From assembly GCF_964194155.1 (NCBI RefSeq), contig NC_135884.1:32054001-32118000 (forward strand): a stretch of DNA of 64,000 bases, in the 5' to 3' direction. How positions within the stretch are numbered: position 1 is the first letter of the stretch; each line of letters opens with the position of its first letter. The stretch comes from Cetorhinus maximus. Its lineage: Eukaryota. Below the pieces are notes generated by a model. That model had not been told where the DNA came from and made no database searches. It saw nothing but the letters and a program-made list of their open reading frames with translations. Below are positions 47,400-60,549 of this stretch, piece by piece. Both the position numbers and the translations under genes were made by a program.

Positions 47400-49165
47400 A
47401 TGCGGTGGTGGGGTCATGGTCCAGGGGAAGGTAGGAAGAAGTATCTGAGAGTTGGTGTTCAGCCTCTGCGAGGTAGAGGTCAGTACGCCAGACAACAACC
47501 GCACCACCCTTGTCAGGTAGTGCTTCCGAAAATCAAGCCATTGTTTCCAGGACTGTAACTGACCTCATCTCCTCTGGAGATCTTCCCTCCACAGCTTCCA
47601 ACCTCATAGTCTCCCATCCCCGGATAGCCCGCTTCTACCTTCTTCCCAAAATCCACAAACAGGACTGTCCCGGTAGACCAATTGTGTCAGCCTGTTCCTG
47701 CCCCATGAAACTCATTTCTTCCTAACTTGACTCCGTTCTCTCTCCCTTTGTCCAGTCGCTTCCCACCTACATCCTCGATTCCTCTGATGCCCTAGGTCAT
47801 ATCAACAATTTCCAGTTCCCTGGCCCTAACCACTTCCTCTTCACCATGGACGTCCAATCCCTCTACATCTCCATCCCCCGCCAGGATGGTCTGAGGGCTC
47901 TCTGCTTCTTCCTTGAACATAGGCCTGCACAATCACCATCCACCATCACTCTCCTTCGCCTGGCTGAACTTGTTCTCTCACTAAACAATTTCTCCTTAAA
48001 CTTGTCTCACTTCCTCCAAATAAAAGGTGTAGCTATGGGTACCTGCGTGGGTCCCAGTTATGCTTGTCTCTTCATTGGGTATGTGGAACATTCCTTGTTC
48101 CAGTCCTACTCAGGCCCCCTCCCACAACTTTTTTCTCAGTACGTCGGTGACTGTTTCAGTGTCACTTCATGCTCTGGTCTGGACCTGCACAAATTTACCA
48201 ATTTTGCTTCCAATTTCTACCCCTTCAGCACCTTCACATGGTCCATCACTGACACTTCCCTTCCCTTCCTTGACCTCTCTGTCTCAATTTCTGGTGATAG
48301 ACTGTCCACCAATATTCATTACAAGCCCATCGACTCCCACAGCTACCTCGACTACAGCTCCTCACACCCCGCTTCCTGTAAGGACTCCATCCCATTCTCT
48401 CAGTTCCTTCGTCTCCGATGCATCTGTTCTGATGATGCCACTTTCCAAAACAGTGCTTCTGACATGTCCTCCTTCTTCTTTAATTGAAGTCCCCCCCATC
48501 CACCCCCACCACTGTAGTTGATAGGGCCCTCAGCTGTGTCCAACCCATCTCCCACGCCTCTGCCCTCACACCTTCCCCCCCCCCTCTCAGAACCATGATA
48601 GGGTCCCCCTTGTCCTCACTTTTCACCCCACCAACCTCCGCATTCAAAGGATCATCCTCCACCATTCCTGCTAACTCCAGCATGATGCCACCATCAAACA
48701 TATCTTCCCCTCACCCCGTCAGCATTCCGTAGGGACCGTTCCCTCCGGGACACCCTGGTCCATTCCTCTATCACCCTCAACATCTCAGCCCCTTCCCACA
48801 GCACCTTCCTATGCAATCACAGAAGGTGCAACACTTGCCCCTTTACCTTCTCCCTCCTCCTCGTCCAAGGGCCTAAACCTTTCAGGTGAGGCAGCACTTC
48901 ACTTGTACCTCCTTCAATCTGGTCTACTGCATTCGCTGCTCCCACTGTGGTCTTCTCTACATCGGGGAGACCAAACACAAACTGGGTGACCGCTTTGTGA
49001 AACACCTTTGGTCTGTCCGCAAGCATGACCCAGACCTCCCTGTCGCTTGCCATTTCAACCAGTCATCCTGCTCTCATGCCCATATGTCCGTCCTTGGCCT
49101 GCTGCAATGTTCCAGTGAAGCCCAACGCAAACTGGAGGAACAGTACCTCTTCTTCTGATTAGGCT
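47400..49165 (+). mobile_element. Penelope-like element (RT + GIY-YIG) with inverted 5' segment
   Basis: FYLLPKIHK..GRPIVS, MDVQSLY, GVAMGT..GPSYA, YVGD (from YIDD), LPFLD; GIY-YIG NLVYCIRC..C.LLYIGET; 47400-47518 encodes the upstream peptide on the minus strand. Confidence 0.93.
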
Positions 49166-50404
49166 AGAGATGCAGAAGTCCTGCTGAAATTAACGGGAAA
49201 ACCTCATAATTTTTGGCAGCCAAGCAAAATCAATGGCAGGAGGCCTCAGCTAGGTGCTCTTGAGAATGGTTGGCTGCAAATCTGGGCTAGCAAGATAGAG
49301 CAGTGGGTTGCCAATCACAGCAGGGGCTGAAGAGAGGCCATGATCAGAAGGAGTTTTGAAATCTTCCCTAAGGGGCTGAAGACAGGACTCCTGCTCCCCT
49401 GGCCCATAGAGTGCGCTATAAAAACGTTCTTGAGCCAAGAGCTATTTTGCTACTGTTAAATTTAAATCAGACTCCTAATAGCACTGAATTAATTATGTTA
49501 ATGAAGTGTCCCACTTCTCAGTGCTGGGCCACTTACAGACGTCACCATCCATGCTGTAGACTCCAATGGGTGCACATGTGGCAGATAGGGAAAGAATTTC
49601 CCATCTTTTACTGTAATATCCCACTCCAGCCTGGTATGGGGGATTTACTGTTAAGGCCAATAACCGTGGCCACCAAAGTGGAAGGATGGCTTGCTCTTAG
49701 ATCTCTCAAATGTTGATTCAGAATATGGGGAATCCAATGACTCTCCTGAATCTTACAGAAGGTTACTACCTAATACTATAGTATCTTTCAATTCCATGGC
49801 ACTGCACAGTAATACCTTGTGAGATGAAATCCAAAGATCAGTTTCTTTTCAATATAAATTGATCACAGAGGGCAGTTGGACTCTTCATTGTGATGAGATT
49901 TTCAAGAAGGCAGCTACTTCTTCTAGCAAAAGGTGAAGATCAGCTCATAAGTTCTATAAAAGACTAGAAGTACTTGTAATTTCCCCATAGCAAAATATTT
50001 TTTCTCCTCCAATATTCATTCTGATTTTCTCTCCTTAGCCTTATTCTCCTGATAAATGTTTGAATTCACTTCCATACGTAGTGGTAGCAGAAGCAGCTTG
50101 ACAGCACATTGCCAAAATGGGTAGTCATGTGTGAACCTGAACACAGTCAGGAAGTTATTCAACAGTGGCGCCTTCATAGATCCTCACTGCATTCACACAT
50201 GCCACTTCCAACATAAACATCAGAGAATAATCTGAAAGCAGGAACTTTACCCATTTTTTCCATTTCTCCTCAGTCAGGGTGTTGACATCAACTGTTATGC
50301 CCATGCCACCTCCATTGTGATCAGCTGAATCAACACTGCCAAGATTTATGCCTCAAAACTCCTGGCTTGTATGGTTCAGTACCATATCATATAATGCATT
50401 AGGT

Positions 50405-50715
50405 TTCAGGCATAGCTCACAGGGCAGTACTTTCACCTCCGAGTCCGAAAGCTGTAGTTCAAATCTCATTTTGGAGGTTAGAGCAGAAAATCGAGACTGA
50501 TACTCCAATGTAGCACTGAGAGAGTGCTGCACTGTCAGGGCTGCCATTTTCGGATGACAAGTTAAACTGAAACCCTAACTGCCCTCTCAGATGGCCGTTA
50601 AAGAACCTATGCACTACTCAAACACTCCCCAGTGCCCTGGCAAAAAAGTATCCTTCAACCACTATCGCTAACAGAAATTATCTGGCCATTTTCTCATTTC
50701 TGTCTGTGAGACCTT
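50405..50715 (+). mobile_element. Deu-type SINE (tail resumes ~52300-52370)
   Basis: gagtgctgcactgtcagggctgccattttcggatgac core. Confidence 0.7.
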
Positions 50716-52300
50716 GGCCTGAATTCTCACCGTGACGGAGGGCCTCTCCATTGTGCCAAAAATGGCAGATGAGCTCGGAAGTCCTAAGTTCCGCCCCCAA
50801 ACATGGTACTTCCTATTATCGCGATGGTGGGACTGGAGTTGGGCCAAGGTTCACGCAAGAGAGACTTATGGAGAGAGCTGGCCATTTAAATCATCAGCTG
50901 CCTCCACTGAAGTGGGATTCTGGTAGGAGTGTGAAACCCGATGTCTGCCGATTGGGCTAGGTGAGAGCTGGTCTGAACTTGGTTTGTTTGGATAGCCAGG
51001 GTACCCCTTTGGAGAGGTAAGGTACCCCTTTAGATATTGCCCCAGGACCCTTTTGGGAGAGGTAAGGTACACTTTGCGGGTAGGTAAGGCATCCTTTGGA
51101 ATTGTTAAAAGTATACATGATTGTGCATAAAAATTGCATGAATTCATTGGAATTGTCGAAGAACTCTCAATGCTGTCAAAAAAAAACAAAAACTCATCAG
51201 AGCTGTTATGCGATTTAACTCTGCTGGGCTTTGAATTTTGAAACAAGTGTGGAGTTTTTAAAAAATAGGTGCTTGATATTTTATTCTGTCTGTTGACATA
51301 ACCTGAGGGTTATCATTATGGGTTTTTGTGCTGCATGACTGATTTTACAACCTAACATCATCAATGGGGCGCTTGTTAAATCATCAGTTTGATTGACAGC
51401 CCCAAGTGGTTATAGAGTAAAAATGTGTTTCCTTAAGAGATTTCACAAGGAATTTCAATGTAATGAATGTTTCTTAATCAATGAGAGAATTTTCTTTTAA
51501 ATAATGACACCATCAATAGATACAACTTTATCCTATGTCAGCATAGCTCCTGATGTTTGTCCATGGTGGAAACTAGATGTGTTGGCCTGGAGGGGTTCAG
51601 GGCACAGTGTGGTGAGTGGTGGTCATGGGTTGACACTAAATTAGCATAGGGGCTATAATGAGCTATTGGGATGAGTGTGGGCCATAGGGGGTCTGAGTAG
51701 CCATGGGAGTGGATGGAGAGGTATGGGTTAATATAGGGGTATGAGGGGCATAGGATGGCATGGAGGATGTGAGGTGCCATACTGGGTTGGGTGGGGGCAT
51801 GATGTGGCTTAGATTGGCATGGATGGGGCATGGAGAATGTGTGGGTAGGGGTGAGGGCTTTTTGTTGTTTTAATCATTTTCTTCATTAAATTCAACAAGG
51901 CGCCAGAGCACAAAGGCATGCCTTCTGCCCAACCCACCTCAGCAGCCTACGCAATTTTTCCAGGGGTGGCTGGTCCAAGTGCTAATAGAGCCCATTTCCC
52001 CGGAATGAAAAACAGAACTGCAGGCTATTGTTTGGATAGCCAGGGTACCCCTTTGGGGAAGTAAGGTACTCCTTTGGATACGGCCCCAGGACACTTTTGG
52101 GAGAGATAAGGCATCCTTTGGGGTACGTAAGGCACCCTTTGGGATTATTAAAAGTAGACACGACTGCATGCAAAAAGTGCATGAACTCATTGGAACTGCC
52201 AAAGAACTGTCAAAGCCGTCAAAGAACTGTCAAAACTCATTGAAACTGTCAAAGCTGCCAAGAGACTTAACTCTGCTGGGCTTTTAATTTTAAAAAAATC
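50716..52300 (+). mobile_element. Non-autonomous Harbinger-type element with internal direct duplication; right end missing
   Basis: Starts ggcctgaattctcac, matching the 40778 terminus; ~50985-51243 repeated at ~52029-52293. Confidence 0.6.
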
Positions 52301-52862
52301 AAATTAGTTTCTGTATTTTCTATATTACAATAGTGAAGTCTGAGGTTGTGAAAGGTGCTACATAAATGTGGGTTAGAATCATAGAATGGTTACAGCACAG
52401 GCTATTCAGCCCATCAAGTCCATGCTGCTTCTCTGTGAGATCAATTCAGCTAGTCCCAGTCCCCTGCCCTTTTCTCATAACCCTGCAATTTTTATCTTCA
52501 GGTGCTTATACAAGTCCCTTTCAAAAGCTCCCACTGTCCTCTCAAGAATTGCATTTCAGATCCTAACTACTTGCTGCATTCAATAAATGCTTTCTCATAT
52601 CGCCTTTGGTTTTTTTTCCAATCACCTTACATCCTCTGGTTCTCAAACCTTCCACTAAAGCAAAGAGTTTCTCTCAACCTACTCTGTCAGCACCCCTCAC
52701 GATTTTGAACATTTCTTTTAAATTTCCTCTCAACCTTTCTGAAAGAGAACAGCCCCAGTTTCTCAAATCTATTCTTGTAACAGATCATCTCTGGAAACAT
52801 TCTTGTAAATCTTTTCTGCACCCTCTCTAAAGTTTTCACATCCTTCCTAAAGTGAAGTGCCC

Positions 52863-55292
52863 AAAATTGGGCCAGCATTTATTGCCCATCCCTAGCTGCC
52901 CTTGAGAAGGTGGTGGTGAACTGCCTTCTTGGACCACTGCAGTCTATGTGGTGTAGGTACACCCACAGTGCTGTTAGGAAGGGAGTTCCAGGATTTTGAC
53001 CCAGTGACAGCGAAGGAACGGCGATATATTTCCAAGTCAGGATGGTTAGTGACTTGGAGGGGAACTTCCAGATGGTGGTATTCCCATCTATCTGCTGCCC
53101 TTGTCCTTCTAGATGGTAGTGGTCGCGGATTTGGAACATGCTGTCGAAGGAGCCTTGGTGAATTCCTGCAATGCATCTTGTAGATGGTATACACTGCTGC
53201 TACTATGCATTGGCGGTGGAGGGAGTGAATGTTTGTGGATGTGGTGTCAATCAAACGGGCTGCTTTGTCCTGGATGGTGTCAAGCTTCTTGAGTGTTGTG
53301 GGAACTGCACTCACTCAAGCAAGTGGGGAGTATTCCATCACACTCCTGACTTGTGCCTTGTAGATGGTGGACAGGCTTTGGAGGGTCAGGAGGTGAGTTA
53401 CTTGTCGAAGGATTCCTAGCCTCTGACCTGCTTTTGGAGCCACAGTATTTATATAGAACAAAGAACAGTACAGCACAGGAACAGGCCCTTCGGCCCTCCA
53501 AGCCTGCGCCGATCATATTGCCCATCAACTAAAACATTTTGCACTTCCGGGATCCGTATCCCTCTATTCCCATCCTATTCATGTATTTGTCAAGCTGCTT
53601 CTTAAACGCCACTATCGCACCTGCTTCCACCACCTCCTCTGGCAGCGAATTCCAGACACTCACTACCCTCTGCGTAAAAAAACTTGCCCCGCACATCTCC
53701 TCTATAGTTTTCTCCTCTCACCTTAAATCTATGTCCCCTAGTAATTGACTCTTCCACCCTGGGAAAAAGCTTCTGACTATCTACTCTGTCCATGCCACTC
53801 ATAATTTTGTAAACTTCTATCAAGTCGCCCCTCAATCTCTAGTGAGAACAATCCGAGTTTCTCCAACCTCTCTTCATAGCTAATAACCTCCAGACCAGGC
53901 AGCATCCTGGTAAACCTCCTCTGCACCCTCTCCAATGCCTCCATATCCTTCTGGTAATGTGGCGACCAGAATTGCATGCAATATTCCAAGTGTGGCGTAA
54001 CCAAGGTTCTATACAGCTACAGCATGACTTCCCAGCTTTTATACTCAATACCCCTGCCAATGAAGGCAAGCATGCCATATGCCTTCCTGACTACCTTATC
54101 CACCTGCGTTGCCACTTTCAGTGACCTGTGGACCTGTACACCCAGATCCCTCTGCCCGTCGATGCACTTAAGGGTTCTGCCATTTACTGTATAATTCCTG
54201 CCTGTATTAGACCTTCCAAAATGCATTACCTCGCATTTGTCCGGATTAAACTCCATCTGCCATTTCTCTGCCCAAGTCTCCAACCGATCTATATCCCGTT
54301 GTATCCTTTGACAATCCTCTTCACTGTCTGCAACTCCTCCAACCTTAGTGTCGTCTGCAAACTTAATAATTAGCCCAGTTACATTTTCCTCCAAATCATT
54401 TATGTATACTACAAATAGCAAAGGTCCCAGCACTGATCCCTGCGGAACTCCACTAGTCACAGCTCTCCATTCAGAAAAGCACCCTTCCACTGCTACCCTC
54501 TGTCTTCTATGACCAAGCCAATTCTGTATCCATCTTGCCAGCTCACCTATGATCCCGTGCGACTTTACCTTCTGTACCAGTCTGCCATGAGGGACCTTGT
54601 CAAAGGCCTTACTGAAATCCATGTATATAACATCCACTACCCTTCCATCGTCGATCATCTTTGTCACTTCCTCGAAAAACTCGATCAAGTTAGTGAGACA
54701 CGGCCTCCCCTTCACAAAACCATGCTGCCTCTCACTAATATGCCCATTTGCTTCCAAATGGTAGTAAATCCTGTCACGAAGAATCTTCTCCAATAATTTC
54801 CCTACCACTGACGTAAGGCTCACCGGCCTGTAATTTCCTGGATTATCCCTGCTACCCTTCTTAAACAATGGAACAACATTGGCCATTCTCCAGTTCTCTG
54901 GGACCTCACCCGTAGCCAGTGAGGATACAAAGATTTCTGTCAAGGCCCCAGCAATTTCCTCCCTTGCCTCCCTCAGTACTCTAGGGTAGATCCCATCTGG
55001 CCCTGGGGACTTATCCACCTTAATATTCTTCAAGACGCCTAACACCTCCTCTTTTTTGATCTCAACATGATCCAGGCTATCTACACACTCTTCCCTAGAC
55101 AAAGTCCTTCTCTTTGGTGAATACCGATGAGAAGTGTTGTATGGCTTGTTCAGTTCAGTTTCTGGTCGATGGTAACTCCCAGGAGGTTGATAATGGGGGA
55201 TTCAGTGATGGTAATTGCTGGAGTCTGGAGTCACATGTAGGCCAGACCAGGTAAGGGTGACAGATTTCCTTCCCTAAAGGACATTAGTGAAC
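52863..55292 (-). mobile_element. Family-B LINE 3' part (52863-53452, ~55138-55215) plus SINE fragment (~55215-55292), split by a young CR1
   Basis: KKLDTIQDKAARLI..GSKSWNSLPNSTVG; colinear with 19575-20230 across the CR1. Confidence 0.85.
53453..55137 (-). mobile_element. Young 5'-truncated CR1 LINE (RT)
   Basis: 361-aa ORF 54017-55102 with NYRPVSLTS, YMDFSKAFD, QGSVLGP, KFADD; tail ctgtactgttctttgttct. Confidence 0.97.
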
Positions 55293-56714
55293 AATACTCA
55301 GTTAAGGCTGGAACAGTGCTTTATGAAGGTTCATCATTACAACCTTCCGTCTATGCCCCTACTTATAAAGCTCAGGATCCCATATGCCTTTTTAAGCAGT
55401 TTCTCAGCCTGCCCTGTCATCTTCAATGATTTGTGCATATAGGTCTCCCTGTATCTGCAGCCCCTTGAGATTCCTTTAGAATTGTACCATTTAGTTTATA
55501 TTGCCTCCCCTTGTTCTTCCTACCAAATGTATGACTTCACATTTCTCTGCATTAAATTTCATCTGACATGTGTCAGCCCATTCCACCAGCTTGTCTATGT
55601 GCTCTTCAAGTCTATCACTGTCCTCCTCATAGTATACAATACTTCCGGGTTTCTTCCGCTATTCTATGAACACATTTTGCATGAGATTATTCAATAGGGA
55701 AATTGCATATTTTTCTCGCTCACGGGGAGGGCTTGAACAATATATAATCACATAAACCTTCATCCATTAAGATATCTTACTGCATCAATTCATTCAGCTG
55801 GTGAGATGTGCAGTCACAGAACATTTAGTTAGTCGATTTTAGTTTTACTTTTAGTGAAGGATTCAACAAATATGTTAAACATCAGCAGAACTAAACATGC
55901 ACAATTCTATGCAATCTTCTCCATCAATTAGCACAGACAAACAAGGGATTTAATAACTTGCGCACTATTTCATGCAACAGCATTCCTTCCAGGATACCAT
56001 GGATGGCTTTCAAATCTAGTTCAGTGATCTACAAATTCTCAACTCAGCTTCAATGCTTAATTTAGTATCTGTTTCACAGTAGAAAAATGTCATAAATAAA
56101 AGAATATTGCCTCAAGTGAACTGAAAGAGTGTGCAGAGGGTGTTATAACAAGCATTATTGTACACAAGAGGCAACTTGAAACCAAGAGGGAGAAATAATT
56201 TTTCTACCTCTGCCAGAAACTAATGCAGTCACTGTTCGAGTATACCCCCAGGCTCAATTACTGGTCAAAACAGGAGAGAAATCTACTGCATGGTCATGGA
56301 TAATCAGCAGCCAATATTCCCAGTGTATTTATGAATGTTTGGTTTAATGATACTCGAGGTCAACTACCTTGGTTCATTGAAAGTATGAGGGCAATAATCC
56401 TGTTTTAATAATAGCAAAGACAACACAAATACAACTGTGGTTCTTTAGGCAAGAAAACAGAGGAATTAAACGGAAACTATTTTACTTTTCATGACATTTC
56501 GCTTTAGGCTAAACAAATTTAACTTGGCCATGTAATATATTTACCATCTTCACCTCTTGTTGAAATCTCTCATCCTAGCTCATTTATTCTTTTTTAAAAT
56601 CCTCAGTTTAATACAGTTTTCTTTTTGTGTGGTCTCTTAAAGCCCTATACTCAACACTGTATTACATTGTTCAACAGCTGATTCTTTTAGGTTTGTCCAT
56701 GTATTAACACAACA

Positions 56715-56880
56715 ACTTATATTTATAAAGTGCCTTTAAAATAATAAAATATCCTAAGGAGCTTCATAGGGGCATTATAAAACAAAGTTTGGCACATAAG
56801 AGATATTAGGTCAAATGACCAAAATTTGGTTAATGAGGTAGGTTTTATGGAGTTGCTTAAAAGGAGGAAAGTGAGGGAGG
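56715..56880 (-). mobile_element. L2 3' end fragment
   Basis: Matches L2 tails at ~15230-15370 and ~37120-37265. Confidence 0.6.
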
Positions 56881-58164
56881 GGGCTCTGGTCCCTCTAAGG
56901 TGCGTGCGCGGGGGCTGAAAGTTGAGTCCCAAGTGCAAAAACTCAAGCAACTGGAAAGAGCAGGATAAATGCAGCTGCGATTGGAGGAGCTTCAAGCGTG
57001 GGAGCGAGGTATCTGATTGGAGAGGATGGAAAAGCGTGAAGTAGTATAGCTTTGACTGGACAAGCAGCAAGTTTGAGGGGAGAGCAGATATGTCCTGAAG
57101 TGAAAGCTGGACAAAGTCTCAAAGACCCACGATAGACTGAGTTTAAGAAGGTGAGAGTGCTCCAGATTCACAGGTCAAGGGTTGTGGCATGGGGAGGTTC
57201 AGGAAAATGCCCCAGTGTCAGTCAGCCTGTGAGGAGAGTGGGGGCAGGCTTGAACTGAATGAAGGTGTTGGGACCTGCGATTCAGGAGTGCTCAGATCAG
57301 CCTAATCCTGTTTCTATACCAATCACGAATGGAGACTTTGGTTGACTTTCCTTCTCTCTACTCTATGAATATAGTTATATTCCCAGCTAACTGCAGTGGC
57401 TGAGATCAGACAACCCGGCCCAGGCTAGTGACAGCGTTACGGTTTTCCTGGTTTGCTTTCGTTGTGCTACCTTCTTCACAGTTGAGTGGTTTTCAGCGAG
57501 TAAAGCTTAACTTTTTTTTTACAAAAACAAATGGCTTCATTCAAGAGTAACAACTTCAAGCTCTGTGTAATGAACCCAACAGAAACAATAAAACCCAGAA
57601 GATACATCTATGTTTTTTTTCCACATATTGTTTCAGCTCTCTCAGGCATTCAGTACAGAATCAAATGGTTGCCAGAAAATACTATCTATTTATTTACTTG
57701 TTACTTCTTATGCCTGACAATCGAAGACAATAAGCTTCATCAAGTGAGAGTTGTCAAAATGAATGAGACATTTTCTCTTCTGATTGCACTTTAATTTTGT
57801 TTTCTTTACGGGGTGGGGTGGGGGTACGGGGAGTCGGTGGAAGGTAAACGTCATTCCATTATTTTAAGTCAGCTATATGAGACATCCTTCTCCTCAATTG
57901 AAAATAATCAAGACTCTTTAGCAATTACTCTTCAAACATAAGGCACAACAATAAACAACCCCCTCAACAAGAAACAACGTTCTACTCAATATGAGAAGCT
58001 GAAATGTGAATTACATAAGGAATACTAGCAGTGCAGGCTAGTATCACACAATGCTGCAACACACAATGCTACGACCTGCAAGAATCCTGACAAGTCGATA
58101 ACAGGCGTTCCACTGCAAATTAGACTGTACGTAGGCAGTAGAGAGGGTACAGGAACAATTTACT

Positions 58165-59145
58165 CGTCAGGACAGAGTAGATACAGTGAAATTGTTCCCA
58201 TTGGCGGAAGGACTGAGAATCAGAAAACACTGATTTAAGTTGATTGGCCAAAGTACCAACGGTAGCATGCGGAAAAAACTTTTATGCAGTGAGTGATTAG
58301 GATCTGGAATGTACTGCCTGAGAGTGTGGTGGAAGCAGATTTAATCGTGGTTTTCAAAAGTGAATTGGATCATTATCTGAAGAGAAAAAAACTGTAGGGG
58401 GAGAATTTTCTGCCCATCGTGTGGGCTGGGCGGGAGCGGGCAGGCGCGCAGCCGATCGCTGCCCGCCATCAGCTGCACGCCACCATTTTATGTGGGTGGA
58501 CCAATTTAGGCCCGCCCAGTGTGATGCGCACCCGGAAGCGCTCAGTGCTACCTGTGTGGGCGGGGGGAGGAGGGAGAGTCAGGGCATGCGAAAGAGCGCA
58601 GAAATCTCCAAGGCACAGAACTGCCTCAAGGAGATTAATTCCGTATTTAAACTTTGAAATAAAGAGAGAAAAAAATTATCTTCACATGAGCTGGGACATG
58701 TTTATGTATTTCAATAAAAATCTTTATTTAATTTATAAGGCCTTCATGAAACCTCATCCCGCCTGTGGATGAGGTTTCATGATAAATGTGAAGGCCGCCT
58801 GGGCTCCTTGCCTCCCACCAGCCTTAAGGTTGGACGGGCAGCCCTGTTAATTGTTTCAATTGGTCATTTAATGGCCTTAATAGGCCTTTGACAGTTCGGC
58901 GGGCGCGCAGCCGACTCCGGTGCGTGCCCGCCGAACTGAAGATCGGAATGACACGGGGTGACATCGGGACGCACGCCCAACGTGAATCCGCGTCATCTTA
59001 CGCCCCCGCACGCAGACCAGCAGATTCAGGCCCAGGACCACGGGGAAAAGGCAGGAGAGTAGGATTAGCTGAGCTGCTCTCGCAGAGAGCCAGCACGGAA
59101 ATGACAGGATGAATGGCTTCCTTCTGCGCTGTAACCGTTCTATGG
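58165..59145 (+). mobile_element. CR1 3' end interrupted by a MITE
   Basis: ttgttcccattggcggaagg..tggaatgtactgcctgagagtgtggtggaagc; resumes at 59033. Confidence 0.8.
58398..59032 (-). mobile_element. CpG-rich Harbinger-type MITE, copy 4
   Basis: TIRs ggggagaatttt / agattcaggcc; flanks TAG/CAG. Confidence 0.85.
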
Positions 59146-59204
59146 CATATGTAGTACCTTTCATAACCTCAGGATGTCCCAAAGACAATTCAGTACTTTT
59201 CTCT

Positions 59205-59378
59205 ATTCATGGGATGTGGGCATTGCTGGTAAAGCCAGCATTTATTGTTCATCCCTAATTGCTCTTGAGAAGGTGGTGGTCAGCCGCCTTCTTGACAAGT
59301 GAGTGGCTTGCTAGACCGTTTCAGAAGGCAGTTAAGAGTTAACCACATTGCTGTGTGTCCGGAGTTACACATAGGTCA
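59205..59378 (-). mobile_element. SINE / family-B tail fragment
   Basis: ttcatgggatgtgggcattgctgg..gcatttattg. Confidence 0.7.
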
Positions 59379-59524
59379 GATAATTAATATATTACAAATA
59401 GTTTTTTTTTGCCTCTACTGGTGGAGCACATCTGCACATCACTTTGATATTGGTGCACATAACAAAGTTCATTCTGCCCAACACAGGAAAAAATGAGAGA
59501 GAAAATCTGTAAAGAGGCCAAGAG

Positions 59525-60300
59525 GAGCATGGAGGGTGTTCCAGAACTTAGGGCCTAGGGAACTGAAGATGCTGCCACCAGTGGTGGAATAATTAAAATC
59601 AGTGATCTCAAGAAGGCAGGATTAGAGGAGTGCAGATGTCTTGGAGACTTGTAGGGCTGGCACAGATTACAAACATAGGGGAGGGTGAGCCCATGGAAGG
59701 ATTTAAAAACAAGGATGCGAATTTTAAAATCAAGGCGTTGCTTGAACTGGCCAGTGTAGTTCAGCAATCACAGGGTTGATAACTTGAATCAAGTAAGGTT
59801 CACCTAAGACAAGGGGAGCAGAGTTTTGGATGACCTCAGGTTTATGAAGAGTAGAATGTAGGAGACCAGCCAGGAGTGCATTGGAATAGTGAAGTCTGGA
59901 GTTAACAAAAGCATGAATGAGGGTTTCAACAGTAGATGAGCTGAGACGGGGCAAAGTTGGACAATGTTACAGAGGTATAAATAGCTGGTCTTAGTGATGG
60001 TATGAATATGAGGTCGGAAGCTCATCTTGGGGTCAAATGTGACACCAAGGTGGCATACAGACTAGTTTAATCTCAGGCTAGTGACAGAGAGTGGGATGGA
60101 GTCAGTAGCCAAGGAATGGAGGTTGGAGTGGGGACAGGAAACAATAGCTTCAGTCTTACCAATATTTAACTAAGGAAATTTCTGCTCAGCCAGTACTGGA
60201 TGTTGGATAAGCAATCTGATAATTTCACAGAAAACCAATGCTGTGCTTTCAGATGTTATTGTCAAGGGGCAGTATGAGAAAGAGGAGGGGGGCAAGGATA
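59525..60300 (-). mobile_element. L2 LINE 3' part
   Basis: ETLIHAFVNSRLHYSNALLAGL..QNSA; MSFRPHIHTITKTSY. Confidence 0.88.
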
Positions 60301-60549
60301 GACCTTTGCAATTTTGAACTTATTACTGATATAAACAATGATACTATGGTAAAGTAGTTACAATGCTAACTCGAAAACAATGTTGCAGGTTATATTCTTA
60401 AGGTTGTGTATAATGGGAACCAACAATACAGATGAATTTGGAGGCACAATCATCCTTCCCACTAGGGTCACATAAACATGGACAAGATAAACGGGAATAG
60501 GAGAGGCTACTTCGCCCATTTTAGTTCATGCCCAGAAAAGACATAGACC

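Larger units (their letters stand above)
52375..55645 (-). mobile_element. Old CR1 3' part (52375-52862 and 55293-55645) hosting nested elements
   Basis: QFWALHFRKDVKTLERVQKRFTRM; resumes at 55293 after the insertions. Confidence 0.8.

Noticed and set aside
50990-51100. Short repeats with intervening sequence resembling a CRISPR array
   Set aside because: Units are degenerate ~20-mers without unique regular spacers, inside a eukaryotic transposon, with no cas genes
56880-57300. GC-richer stretch starting tccctctaaggtgcgtgcgc, hAT-like
   Set aside because: No matching second TIR or 8-bp TSD found
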